Assembly (NCBI RefSeq): GCF_006345805.1
Contig: NC_043000.1
Location: 99,758,001 to 99,822,000 of the forward strand
Length of the DNA stretch: 64,000 nucleotides
DNA from: Octopus sinensis
Taxonomy: Eukaryota
Reading direction: 5' to 3'
The notes below the pieces were generated by a model, which saw only the letters and a list, made by a program, of their open reading frames with translations, made no database searches and was not told where the DNA came from. A program made the position numbers and the translations under genes. How positions within the stretch are numbered: position 1 is the first letter of the stretch; every line of letters begins with the position of its first letter. Of this stretch, positions 11,505-24,273 are shown one piece after another.

Positions 11505-12689
11505 TAACAGCAAACAAGATGAGGACAGACAAATATCCGTCGAATGTAAATAATGCAGTGTTTTACTCAAAAATGCAACATACCAGCTGGTCCTGGACTT
11601 GAAACCATGACCTAACAATTGTGAGTGCAATACCCTAATGGACCTTTGCATATGTCTATAATCGGAGAACCTTTGCGTATGTCTACAACTGGAGACTTGC
11701 TCAATTAGGACCGATGTGGGTCTAAACAACTGTAACAAAACAACAACAACTACAATAAAACAGTTTACTACTCTGTGCCATACTGTACATTTGCAGTATA
11801 TTCTAATATATTCTGCCCCGCCGCCTTTTTTTCTCAGCCAATAGGATCAGTTTGTTGCTGTTGTAAGCTCCGATCTATATCATGGACACTACTGCTACTA
11901 TTAATACATATATCATGTAGTCGTGTAACTGACCAGATTATCAGATGTTGTTATACATAGCTGGTAACAATGCACTTTGTATTGTTTTAGCCATTGAATG
12001 GTGCCACCCCTGCAGGTTGGGTGAGCAGGCCAAACACTTCCCACTGACCGAAAGGGGGCTGGAGCAACATAAAATGAAGTGTTTTGCTCAAGAACATAAC
12101 ATGCCGCCCGGTCTTGGAATCAAGTCGGCAATCGCTAGATCATGAGTGCAACAGCCTAACTGCTTGGCCATTTGCCTTCACACTCCTGCATCTATAATCA
12201 CTACTGTATATATAATCGCAGTCAAACATCCGGATATACCTACCAACAGCTCAAAAAGAAAACTACGTCATCACTGTAACGACATTAACACTCTCTCTCT
12301 CATTCATTACATTATGCAGTTCTCCGCTACTTAACCACTATGCGATTGCTTCACCGATTAGAAATAGCAGCTAAATCTTCCACTAAATCGCATGCCACTG
12401 CAAAACTAGAAATATAATTGTGACATATTAGATAATGTAATACTAGTTACCCATTTAAAATATGGTATGGTCACAGCTGGAATGCCTTTGATCATAGATC
12501 AGCTCGATTTGGGCTGACCTGGGACTAAACAGCAATAACAACACTCCCTGTACTGCTGTAGGCTTTCATTTTTTAAATTTTATTTAGTTGGTAGGGATAT
12601 GATTTGTTGCTGCAGTAAGCTCCGCCCAGCAAGATCCCACACCCACTACAAGCATAATCACCCAAATATAATTGTTTCTAACGAAAGCT

Positions 12690-12880
12690 CAAGGCTAGAA
12701 ATTTGGAGGAGTGGGTTTGTTAATTAAATTAACTCCAGTGTTTGACTAGTATTTTATCAACCTGGAGAGTTAAAGGGCAAATTTGGTCTTGGTAGGATTT
12801 GAACTTGAAATTCAAAGTGATGCATCTAAATACTGCAAGGCATTTTGTCTGATATTCTATCAGTTCTGCCAATCAACTGC
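12690..12880 (-). mobile_element. SINE family A, heavily decayed
   Basis: GGATTTGAACTTGAAA..AAATACTGCAAGGCATTTTGTC..TTCTGCCAATC. Confidence 0.5.
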
Positions 12881-12914
12881 TCCAATATTCAAGTTAATAA
12901 TAAAGACAAAGTGA

Positions 12915-13215
12915 AAACGTGACTTTGTGGTTAGAGTATTCTGCTCATGATCATTAGGATGTGAGTTCAATTCCTGGCAGCACACTATGTCCCTGAGCAG
13001 CAAGACACTTTATTTCATATTGCTCTGCTGGTAAAAATGAGTAGTACCTGTAATTTGACATACTGTGTCATGCTTAACTCCCTGAGAACTATCTGGGAGG
13101 TAAGCATGCTTGTGAAATGCTCAGCCACTTGCACATTAATTACACGAGCGGGCTGTTTCGTTAATTAGATCGACTGGAACTCTCATCGTTGTTGTCATAA
13201 CCAATAGAGTTCCAG
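12915..13215 (+). mobile_element. SINE family C, decayed
   Basis: GTGGTTAGAGT..GAGTTCAATTCC..GAGCA..AAGACACTTTATTTCA..CAGCCACTTGCAC. Confidence 0.7.
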
Positions 13216-14460
13216 TCAATGAAGATAAATTTGTGCTTCAGGGGATCACTTTTATTTATTGAAAAAGAAGTGTGTGTGTAGCGAGGTTTTATATGGCATG
13301 AATGACACAACAGACCTTACTCTTCGCTGCCACAATTTTTGCATATAAACTATCTGGAACTTACTGTACTATTGGAAAAAAAAGTTACTAACATATTCAA
13401 TTAAGAGCTAATATCTTTGTATGATAGTCAATATCCGTTGTATTTTTTCCCCACTTGGAGTTTTCATTTTATTTCTAGACATGGTTGATGTCTCCACCGT
13501 TGCATTGACAACTGATGTTGGTTGTTTATGTGCCCCGTAACTTAGCAGTTTGCAGAAGTGACCAATAGAATAAGCACTCAGGCATTAAAAAAAAAAGGGA
13601 ACTAAACAATAACTACTGGGGTCGATTTTTTGAACTAAAGCCTTGAAGGCAGTGCCCCAGGATGGTTGCAGTCCAATGACTGAAATAAGTAAAAAGATAT
13701 TCTTGAGAAACAATATGTTTATATTAATTTCTTATTAATTTAAATTTATATAGTCTGTAATAGAGTTTCAAACGATTTTGACTTAAGTGTTTTCATTCCT
13801 TAGTTTACACTGTACTATCATGAAATAGATGGGAAATCGTGATAACAAGAGTTTTGCATTGCGTTCTAGGATCACTAAAATAATTGTGCTGTGGTGTAAT
13901 TGGTTCACATTCAACACCCAGTCATTAATGAAGTCACTTGCTTGACAAATATAACTCCAATATAAATGGTTAAAGGGGAATAAATCTGTGTTTATTTGTG
14001 TGTGTGTGTGCTGATTGTGTGGAGAGAAGTGTGTTTTGGTGTGTGTGTGTGTGCGCACGCATATGTGTGGATATATACTTATATCCACATGTGTGTAGAT
14101 ACATACATACACATCTATATACTCATATACATACATATGTATATATGTATGTATGTATACATGTGAATATATGTATACACACACACACATATATAGATAT
14201 ATACCTGTATGCTTTTATATTTATGTGCATATATATATATACATGTATGCATTTATATTTATATGCATATATATATATGCATATATGTTATCTTTGCATA
14301 TTGTGTATATTTTTCTGACTATGGGCACAATAAATATGTGTATATGTTAATTAATCTCTATTACTGGTAATTTCATTAATTATCTTAAATCAATCTCAAA
14401 ATATAACTCACCTTATTTATATATATATTTTTTTTTCTTCCCCATTAGGTTTCCAAGAAA

Positions 14461-14586
14461 ATGAGTGAAGGGGAGAGTTTCAAATCTGAAGGTTATGGTG
14501 ATATGGTGATAGAGAAACTGAATATTTTACGCAACAACAGTGAATTATGTGATTTCAAAGTATCTGCTGAAGGAAAAGTCTTTGAG
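14461..14586 (+). CDS. BTB-BACK-Kelch (KLHL-type) protein, first coding exon
   Basis: Pyrimidine tract + AG at 14447-14448, ATG at 14461, GAG|GTAAAA donor. Encodes [42 protein letters not shown], the BTB N-terminus, which joins in phase 0 to [13 protein letters not shown]. Confidence 0.9.
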
Positions 14587-15194
14587 GTAAAACCATTTCC
14601 ACTATTACTGTGCCTCTTTTGTTCATCATACTCTTAACACTTATCATTATTTAGCTCATGTTCAATCCTGATGTGGGAGATCTATAACCAAAGTAGACGA
14701 GATGTGAACTCTAACCCTAAACTGCTCCTGTTTATGTAGGCAGATGATGGAAGATCTTCCATCCATGACCTACCCTCCAGTGTAATGTGATATAATCCTA
14801 AGTTTACTCTATTCTAGCAGCTCTATGATTAACTCTTTTGCATTGATACCGGCTGGCTGAGTGGTTAGATCATCAGGCTTGCAATCATGAGGTAGTGAAT
14901 TTGATTCCCAAACTGGGCTGTGTGTTGTCTTCTTGAGCGATACACTTCATTTCACATTGCTCCATGTGCTTCGGAGGTAACTTCATAGGGGCAATCCCAT
15001 GGTCTTTTATAACTGAAGTGAGTTTTACTCATTACTCTTTATCTGACCCAAGTATTCTTCTTGTTTTATGTTCAAAGTAGTCAGATCTGGCCTCTCACAC
15101 TTGCCTTACCATGTCATTTTCAAAATAAACAATCAATGAAATGTCTAAGATATAAGAAAATGCACAATTAATTCACAGTAATGTGAGTAAATAG

Positions 15195-15445
15195 TGGAGG
15201 CGGTGGCTTAGTGGTTAAGGTGTCAGCATCATGATCGTAAGATTGTGGTTTCGATTCCTGGACTGGGCGACGCGTTGTGTTCTTGAGCAAAACACTTCAT
15301 TTCATGTTGCTCCAGTCCACTCAGCTGGTAAAAATGAGTAACGCTGTGATGGACTGGCGTCCCGTCCAGCTGGGGAACACATATGCCATAGAAACCGGGA
15401 AACCGGGCCCATGAGCCTGACTAGGCTTTAAAAGGGCGCATTTAT
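15195..15445 (+). mobile_element. SINE, C-type head with a different tail, CpG-intact
   Basis: GTGGAGGCGGTGGCTTAGTGGTTAAGG..GTTTCGATTCC..CTTGAGCAAAACAC..GGACTGGCGTCCCGTCCAG. Confidence 0.7.
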
Positions 15446-16304
15446 TTATTATGAGTAAATAAACATTACATTTGACAGAGTAATTGGAATGTTAAAGGAC
15501 TACAAGCATTTCATCCATTGCGGTTTTGTTTGTTGTGTCTTTTTCTCTTTCAAACAATCCATCTTGGAGTACATTAGACAATGTTCTCTTTTCAAATAGT
15601 TGGTTAAGAAGTTTGCTTCACATGTCCTGAAATTCCTGGTTTGATCCACTTGCATGTTATTTTGGGCAAATGTTTTTTTCCCCCATGGTCAGGATTGATA
15701 TTGACCCAACTCATGTCAACAAAATTGAATAGGAGTAGACAGAAAGAGTACCTGTAATTCAAAGGACCGACCTTCTCACACACTGTGTCATACTGATTGT
15801 ACATGAAGATTACCTTAAGAGTACAACTGCCTGTGGAATAAGAAATACTCAGCCACTTATTCAGTGAGCTGGTACCACAGTTGATCCAATTACTGGAATA
15901 CTTATTGTTATAAATATCACAGATCCATTGACTTAGGATATGCAGCACTTAAGGGAAGTTTGTTTTTTTACGACACATAGCCTACGGTTGAACCAAACAT
16001 AATGAACTAAATTGTGTAGATGGAAATAGATGGATTAATCTATCACCTGTTCATAGGTGACAGATTAATCTGTCATTTGGTTTCATTTAAATCTTTATCT
16101 GGATCTGACCGAAACTAGTAAAAGATAAATAGAAAAAGATTGTTGAAATATAATCATTTTATTGCAGATAAATTTTTGCAATAAAATTGTATAATGGGCC
16201 CCTAAGGGTCATGTAGACCCTGGTTGAGAACCACTGGGTTTGGTGATACTTTGGCTAGTACCTTGTAATGAAGAGTGTTGTTACATGGTGGCACTAAAGG
16301 GCAT

Positions 16305-16547
16305 CACCACCACTATTACTACTTCCTAACTGCTATTGCTACTACTTACACTGCCACCCTCACCCACATCACTACCCCACAGCTACTGTCAGTACTACTC
16401 CTAATGCCTTCACTACTACTACTACTACTACTACTACCACTACTACTACCACCACCACTACTACAACTACCACCACCACCACCACCACTACTACAACTAC
16501 CACCACTACCACCACCACTACTACAACTACCACCACCACCACTATCG

Positions 16548-16578
<31 letters not shown>

Positions 16579-16592
16579 CACTACCACCACCA
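16305..16592. repeat. (CTA/CCA)n trinucleotide tract at the intron 3' end
   Basis: Directly visible; abuts the polypyrimidine tract of the 16625 acceptor. Confidence 0.95.
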
Positions 16593-16625
16593 TCTTTACT
16601 ATTTTTTCTTCTTTTTATTCTTCAG

Positions 16626-18254
16626 GTTCACAAGGCATTACTGGCAGCTGCTAGTGACTACTTCCGAGTGATGTTCCGAGGTATGATGGCTGAGAGCAAG
16701 CAGGACACAGTGGACTTGAAAGGTGTAACTGCTGATGGACTGCAACAGGTGATAGACTTCATATACACAGGTAAAATGTCGCTGTACTATGACAACCTCA
16801 CCGAAATCATCAACACTGCCAGTCACCTGCAAGTGTCCTACGCCCTCGACTTGTGCAGCAACTACATCAAATCTCTGATGACATTTGACAATGCCGATGA
16901 CTTCCTCAGTATTGCTGACACATATTCTCTGGAGAAAGTCCTACTACATTGGGATGATATGATTTTATCAAACTTTCATGAATTCAGCAACAGCCAAGCA
17001 TTTCTCAAACTCAGTGCTCAAAAACTTGTCAAGTATCTTTCGTCCAATTTGTTATGCACTGTCTCCGAGTATCGTTTATATCAATGCTTAGAAAAGTGGC
17101 TGGCTGTAAGTTCGTCACGTATTACAACTGACAGCAGCATCATCATGCCTCATTTACGTTTTCCTTTAATGTCTCTCATCGAATTAACATCAATTAAGGA
17201 CAGTGAACTTTTCCAGAAGGTGCCCAATGGAGCGCAGTATATTGCCAAAGGCTTCCAATATCACATTGACTGTAAACAGGGACATCCTGTCATCGACGAG
17301 TCATCAACAATCCGGACTAATACATCGAGTTTGGTGCTTGTGCACCATGGAACAGCATACATGCCGTTTCAAGTAACAGCTTACAATCCGGAAAACAATA
17401 AGTTTTTCCGGCTTTTTTCTGATGTCAATGGCAGCAGGGACTGTCGTATTGCCGTCATTGACAATTTTGCCTATATTTGCCGTGTTGTTGATTTCGGTGG
17501 CGGCACTCTTATGAGTTCATTGTTTAGATTTGATCCACGACACTTGGTTGGGCAGGAATTGCACCCAATGAAACAACTCCGACTTGATTTTGCACTCACT
17601 GCACATAAGCATTGTCTCTATGTGTTCGGTGGCTCAACTGAACAGTTTGCCATTCTCGACTCAGTTGAGTGTTACAATGTCAAGACCAATATGTGGGAAG
17701 AGCTGTTGTACCTGCCCAATCCGGTCCACTCCTTAGCGACAGTTGTCCACGAGACACGAATCTATCTGTCAGGTGGGGTGACAGGCCAGGAGAGGCAGGC
17801 CACAAACAGCTTTATGTGTTTCAACATTCTCACGCACAGATACGAGGTGAAGCCTGGCATGTTCTATGCGCGTCGACTCCACGACATGGTATCTTTCCAG
17901 GAAAAGATATATGTTCATGGTGGCATTCCAAGACAAGGAATCCCACTACATGGCCAGATTCCAATCGAGTACTTTGACTTGGCATCAGAACAATGGACCA
18001 TTTTGACCTCGTCCACTCTGAGTGGACGTTCTGTTGGACACTATATAGTGTTTGAGAATCAGGTTTTGTGCTTAGGGCACGAGCATCACCGAGCTACAGA
18101 AGATGAGATTTGGGTCTACGACACCGTGCTTGACGACTGGTCTAAGTATACAAAAGCCCCACAGCGAATGAGTTTGACCACTGCAGTATGCATCCAGATG
18201 CACATAAACTTTAATGAAGAGAAAGTGGCCAAGATGGTGTTAAAAGAGAAATGA
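16626..18254 (+). CDS. BTB-BACK-Kelch (KLHL-type) protein, second and last coding exon; putative Cullin-3 adaptor
   Basis: TTCTTCAG acceptor at 16625. BTB motif [29 protein letters not shown] region (LRFPLMS), Kelch blades (LYVFGG..VECYN..W, IYLSGG, IYVHGG..IEYFD..W), TGA at 18252-18254. 542 aa here, 584 aa in total. Orthologue not identifiable by eye. Confidence 0.95.
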   Translation, partial: VHKALLAAASDYFRVMFRGMMAESKQDTVDLKGVTADGLQQVIDFIYTGKMSLYYDNLTEIINTASHLQVSYALDLCSNYIKSLMTFDNADDFLSIADTYSLEKVLLHWDDMILSNFHEFSNSQAFLKLSAQKLVKYLSSNLLCTVSEYRLYQCLEKWLAVSSSRITTDSSIIMPHLRFPLMSLIELTSIKDSELFQKVPNGAQYIAKGFQYHIDCKQGHPVIDESSTIRTNTSSLVLVHHGTAYMPFQVTAYNPENNKFFRLFSDVNGSRDCRIAVIDNFAYICRVVDFGGGTLMSSLFRFDPRHLVGQELHPMKQLRLDFALTAHKHCLYVFGGSTEQFAILDSVECYNVKTNMWEELLYLPNPVHSLATVVHETRIYLSGGVTGQERQATNSFMCFNILTHRYEVKPGMFYARRLHDMVSFQEKIYVHGGIPRQGIPLHGQIPIEYFDLASEQWTILTSSTLSGRSVGHYIVFENQVLCLGHEHHRATEDEIWVYDTVLDDWSKYTKAPQRMSLTTAVCIQMHINFNEEKVAKMVLKEK

Positions 18255-18289
18255 GTTCTAACTGATATTACAAAAAATACCTCCAATAG

Positions 18290-18600
18290 GCTAGATATCA
18301 TTGCCTCTCACAGGCTTGATATCATTACCTTCTGACAGGCAGGATATCATCAATCACTGATAGATAAATAAATAAGCCTGATATCATTACCTCACATAGG
18401 CAGAGACAGTTGCCTCCTCTAGGAGGCTAATATCAGGCTGATATCATTACCTCACACAGGCTGACTTTGATATCTCTACCCCTAACAGGCTGATGTTACT
18501 ACCTCCAACAGGAAGCTGATGTCACTACCAGTTTGAGGCCAATATCATTACCTCATACAGGTTGATATCAGTTCCTCAGACAGGCTGATATCATTTACCT
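18290..18600 (+). repeat. Degenerate ~23-bp tandem array just downstream of the stop codon
   Basis: Recurring CAGGCTGATATCATTACCTCACA-like units; AATAAA at 18367-18372. Confidence 0.8.
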
Positions 18601-18662
18601 CATATAGTAGCACTTTTATTATTATTATTATGATTATTATGATTATTATTATTATTATTATG

Positions 18663-18695
<33 letters not shown>

Positions 18696-20360
18696 AATAT
18701 ATATATACTTTTTTCTGGCAGTCTGGGCGATTTTACTGTTCGTTTTATTTTTAATTAAAAAAATACAATACATATTCTTTTTTTTCAAAAAATGTTTATC
18801 TGTTGTATTATATATATATGTACACACACACACACACACACATATTTATATTCATTGACATGTATATAATCTCCACATGCATACATATTTACTTAGATAC
18901 ACACACATATACATAAATGTCCCTTCACATGCTTACACAAGTTTTACATTTGGACACCCATATATGTGTGTATATAAATAGTACTTATACATACATACAT
19001 ACATATATATATAAATATATATATACACACATTCACACATGCATATATATATAGATATATATGTGTGTGTGTGTGCATATATATTCTCTTTTATCTACTG
19101 ACCTCTGGCTGTGCTGTGACAGCATTATATACACATATTCCATGTACACACATACACTCATACTCATTTGTGTATGTATAAATTGCTCATAGACACACCC
19201 TCTCTCGAAAAATATGTTTATTTAATTGTTCCAGATTTTGAAGGAATTTGCCTTTTTGTTATTGCATCTCAGGCACAATGGTATATTACGATATTCTATT
19301 GATATAATCTCATATAGTACTGGTTTATTATGATCTATTATTAGTATGTTAGAAAATACCAATAGCACATGGTAATATAGCTATTAACATATACAAATAC
19401 CAATGGTATCTTAGGCATTGGCAAAAAAAATTCTTACTAAACACGTTAGCCTGAAATGGTTAAAGTGCTTAGATTCCTGATCATTGTTCTTAGTTTCAAA
19501 TTCACATGCAGGGGTTTTATTTTGTCTTTGGGGCAGACTCTATACATCTATCCTACACTGTCTCAGTTCATTATAGTTGTCTGCAGTAGATACCAGACAT
19601 TATTGGGGAATGCCATTTATGATAGACTAGCTCTGTCTCCAGAGGAAGCGTCTATCTCTTTGTCTCTCATTTTTGTGTCACAACAGAAAGTGGAACTAGG
19701 ACCACGTCCCAGTACTATGGTCCTTGAACCAGGTTTTGTGAAAAGGGTTAACTACAGGTATTATTCTATAAGAACTGCCCTTCACCATCGAACTATCATG
19801 CACGTTTTTATGTGGATGAGAATGGAAACATTGCTTCTGTTTCATCTATGTTGCTTCTACATGATTTTTTTTAGTGTACTTATGTCTGTTTGTGTATGTG
19901 AGAGATTAGATGGTTGTTCATGGCAGTATGTATGTATATCTGTATAAAACATCAGTGTGTTTATGTTTGCGAGTGTGTATGCGGTGAGCATTAATTCATG
20001 TGTGTGTATGCATGTGAGCATTAATGTGCGTTTGGGTTTGTATGTGGATAGTGTATGAAAGCATGTGTGTGTGTGGTTGTGTGTACCTGTGTAAGATATA
20101 TGTGTAAATGATTATGGTTGTTTGTGCGTGTGCATGTGTGTGTATTTGTACCTGACTTTATTGATACCATATGAATGCAAGTTTGTGTTTGTATGTGTAT
20201 AAGTGTATGGATTGCTGTATGAACAGATATGCTGACATGCAAAGCAGATGTTTGCTCTGTGCATGTAGAGGATTATAAACATGTTTACACATGGAAGTAT
20301 GGTTGTATATGTAAATAGTTTGTGTATATTTGTAAGTGTATGGGTAATTTGTTATGTGCG

Positions 20361-20411
<51 letters not shown>

Positions 20412-20414
<3 letters not shown>

Positions 20415-20790
20415 TGCAGGCATGGCTGTATGTCAGAAATCTGCATCCTACCCACATGGTTTCTAGGTCAATCCCACTGCACAGCACCCTGGGCAAGTGT
20501 CTTTTGGGATGGCCAAAAGCTTTGTGAGTGGACTTGGTAGAAAGAAAACTGAAAGAAGCCTGTTGTACATATGTATAAATATTTATGCGTGCTTGTATTT
20601 GTCCCCCCATCACTGCTTTACAAGTGGTGTTTTTTTGTTTACACATCTGTAACTTAGTGGTTTGGCAAAAGGAACCGATATAATAAGTGCCGGTCTTAAA
20701 AAAATATTATAGTTACTGGGGTCGATTCATTTAACTAAAACCCTCCAAACTGGTGCCCCAGCATGATAGCAGTCCATTGACTGCAACAAG
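20412..20790 (+). mobile_element. SINE family B, near full length, decayed
   Basis: AGGTGCAGGCATGGCTGTATG..CCTGGGCAAGTGTCTT..GAAACTGAAAGAAGCC..GGTGCCCCAGCATG. Confidence 0.75.
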
Positions 20791-21584
20791 CAAAAGACAT
20801 ACACACACACATACATAAATTTATATACATATAAACACACCTTAATTTTTACTCTCTTTCTTTCTTTCTCTCTCTCTCCTCTGTTCACAACAAAGCATGT
20901 AGGATTAGAGGTTGGGATAGTTGTTGACAGAACGGGAGCTACTGACCATCTCGGTCATTTCCCTTAGATAATTTTCATTTCAATTATACACATTTTCCTT
21001 GGTCATAAATGTTCTCTACTTTTTTTGTACATGTCTCAGTCTTATGTCAACATCGGTGAATTGCTGTGCTAATGATACTTGTTGAAGCAGAAACACATGT
21101 TTCAAAGTTATCCTGTTGTTTCCAGGCTATAAAAGAATAAGAAAAAGAAAAGACCTTTTCCAGAAGGGCATGTTGTGGAGATAGTTTCTTGAGATTATTT
21201 CTCCTTCTTATTTGGAGTCGGTTGCAATTGCTGCTATGTATTTGTTTACCTTCTCTTGAAGTGAAGATAATTTCAATAAATCAAGAATTTATCTTGTATG
21301 GTATTTAGTATATCTTTCTTTGTCTTTGTTTTACACACACATGCACACACACTTATGTATACATGTGTATGCACACGTGTCAATGTATTTTATATATACT
21401 CATGTATATCTGTACAAATATGTATGAATGATTATATATATATATATATATATATATAAGTATGTATATGTATGCACTTATGTATATATAAGTATGTATA
21501 TGTATGCACTTATGTATATATATATGTGTGTGTGTTTGTATGTATGTTTGGTGTGGTAAGGTACACTGATATAGTTAATTATGT

Positions 21585-22770
21585 TATACAAGAAAGTGTC
21601 ATACCCAATGACCGACATGGCAGTATCATCAAAAACTGTTACAAAGATAAAGGAAATGTCTTGGTTGGAAGAAATTATAGAAGAATCAACCTACTTGATT
21701 ATGAAAGTGAAAGAGAAAGCCATAACACAATTGATCTGAAACAGAATAGACCTAGATATATATGTAAGAATAGACCTAGATATTATGTAAGAATAGACCT
21801 AGATAATATGTAGTTTAGCATTGTGCTCATAAGATGTACCATGGGTGCATTTAAGGAATCTCCAATAAAGATACTTGTCTAAGTATAAACCACTATTGCT
21901 GCACTTTGTTGCTTTGGAGAAGGCATTTGACAGGATACATGTGTAGTAATTTGTTGGTCAGTAAGGAAATAGATGTAGACAAATGGCTTGTGAGGGCTGT
22001 ACAAGTAGTGTACATTGATGCAGTAAGTGAGAATCAGCAACAATTTCATTCGTGAATTTAACTTGAAAGTGAGAGTTCATCAAGGCTCACTCCTCAGTCC
22101 TCCCCTATTCATCATAGTCCTATAAGATCATTACAGTGGAATGTAAGATTAGTTGTCTATGAGCACTCTTATTTGCTGCTAATTTAGTTCTTGTAACTGG
22201 ATCTATAGTGGAATTAGAGAGGAAGCAAACCTAAAATTGAGAAGCCTAAAGGTAAACTGAGCAAAGACTAAGTTTTTAGTAGGTAGGAAAGAAGATTGGA
22301 CCTTGGTATCTTCAGGAAAATGGCTTTGCTCAGGTTGCAGAAATGAACATGGTAGAAACTCTGTATGCTGTACATCACTGTTAGTTATGAATGCATAAGA
22401 GGTGTAGTGGAATCACAGCCAGACTAAAGAAAGTAAGCTTCATGAGTGACAGTTGCGTTGTATGTACTTCAAGCACTCCAGAAATAGATACTCTTAAATG
22501 TCTGGAGGGGTCACTAGAAGTTGATGATAACTTTTATTATCTAGGAGAAGTAATTAGCAAGGGAAATAGCTAGGATAGGAGCAGGTTGGAAAATGTTCAT
22601 AGAGTTACTATTGCTGATGACAACAAAGGTCTTTTCCTTCAGAGTGAAGAGTAGATTGTATGATGATTGTGTTGGAACTATGATGCTGCATGGTAGTGAG
22701 GCATGAGCCTTGAATACAAAGGCCTTGAGAAAACTGGAAAGAATTTAATCTTGAAATAATGTATACATCT
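21585..22770 (+). pseudogene. Decayed RTE-clade LINE reverse transcriptase
   Basis: Broken motifs: VIPNDRHGSIIKNCYKDKG..NYRRINLLD, LEKAFDR, VHQGSLLSPPLFII, LLFAANLVL (YADD equivalent), HKRCSGI, SLEVDDNFYYLG. Confidence 0.8.
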
Positions 22771-22906
22771 TGATTTTAATGAAAATGTATTACATGGAGG
22801 TGCTATGTTTTAAAAAGAAAGAGGAAGGAAACAGAAGCCATACTAAATAGCGAGTTGACTGCCACCATATTTGTATGCAATGTATGTATGTATGTGTGTA
22901 TGCATG

Positions 22907-24190
22907 TAGAATTGTCCAGAAAAGTTCGTACTGATTTTTAAAGGAAAGAAAAAGGTCAATAAATACTTGCCATTACATTTTTAATCAACCAACTATGAAC
23001 CATTTTGTTGCACAATGCATCTTCATCTTTTCTTTAACTTGAAAATATCTTCTTCCCAGAATTGAGGTGGTTTCATGGCAAAGAATTCATCAAAGTATCT
23101 TTTTATGTCATCCAAGGAATTGAAATTTTTACCATTAAGGCTATTCTGCTGAGACCTGAATAAGTGGAAATCTGAAGGACCAATATCTGGTGAATATGGA
23201 GGGTGGGGTAACACATCCCTGCTGAGCTGCAGCAATTTTTGTCTGGTTCCCAAAGAAATGTGCAGTCTTGCATTATCATGTTGGAAAACAACACCCTTCC
23301 TGTTGGCCAATTCTGGACGTTTCTCTTGAATTGCTGCTTTTAACTCATCCAGTTGTGTGCAGTATTTCTCAGAATTAATTGTCTGGTTACTTGGGAGAAG
23401 CTCATAGTACAGAATTCCTTTCCAATCCACCAGACACAAATCAAGACTTTTTTTAGGGTGAAGACCTGCTTTCGGGGTGGCTAAGAGTGGCTCATGTCGC
23501 TTACTTCAGGATCGCTTTCTCTGAACATTTCGGTAGATAATCCATTTCTCATCACCTGTCACAATTTGCTTTAAAAAAGGCGTGTTTTCATTCCGTTTAT
23601 AAAGCAAATCACGGATGGAAATGTGATCCAAAAGGTTCTTTTCACTCAACTCATGTGGTACCCAAACATTGTAGCGATTTGTGTATCCAAGCTTTACCAG
23701 GTCCTCATGAATGATGAATTTTGATAGGCTGAGGCTTTCTGCCCGTTCTTGGGTTGTGCAATGTGGCTTATTCTCAATTAATGACTTGATTTGGTCATCA
23801 TCTGTAGTAGATGGTCTGCCTGATCGCTTTTTATCAATAAGGCTACAATCTTCAACTGAGAACCTTGTGAACTAGTTCTGTACAGTTCTTTTGGATAAAG
23901 GAACATCACCATAAACTGCTCATATTTCTTTGGTTGCTTGTGAGGGATTTTTGCCTTTACAGAAAAAGAAAAGCATCAAGTGCTGAAAATGAACTTTCTT
24001 ATCTTCCATTTTAAAGGGTTACAGAATTAACACATGTTATAGGAACATAAACCTTCTTCCACGCAAAGATAGCTTAAACTGTGCTCTAAATGGAGGTGTA
24101 GTCAAATCCTATTTTATGGACTCAACTATGTTCTAAAATAAGTCGAAAGGTAAGCGACTATAAATCAGCACGAACTTTCCGAACAACCCA

Positions 24191-24193
<3 letters not shown>
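22907..24193 (-). mobile_element. Mariner (DD34D) transposon relic, about 1.29 kb
   Basis: Imperfect TIRs (TTGTCCAGAAAAGTTCGTACTGATTT and AAATCAGCACGAACTTTCCGAACAACCCAA). ATG at 24009 (MEDKKVHF), WVPHEL, HDNARLH..YSPDIGPSD with 34 residues between the last two Asp; ORF disrupted. Confidence 0.9.
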
Positions 24194-24238
<45 letters not shown>

Positions 24239-24273
24239 ATACACACATACATACATACATACATACATACATA

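Larger units (their letters stand above)
11087..11554. mobile_element. Fold-back element: tRNA-like head + (AAT)n + hammerhead-like tail, two inverted copies, flanked by a 15-bp direct repeat
   Basis: Arms match in reverse complement with scattered mismatches. AATGCAGTGTTTTAC occurs at 11048-11062 and 11552-11566. Confidence 0.8.

Noticed and set aside
16275-16625. Signal-peptide-like poly-Leu/Pro N-terminus of the 659-aa ORF
   Set aside because: Intronic trinucleotide repeat upstream of a clear acceptor; the BTB N-terminus is in the 14461 exon.
20940-21330. Unique sequence with a minus-strand pyrimidine tract + AG near 21066
   Set aside because: Open frames are short with no recognisable homology; exon not supportable without RNA data.
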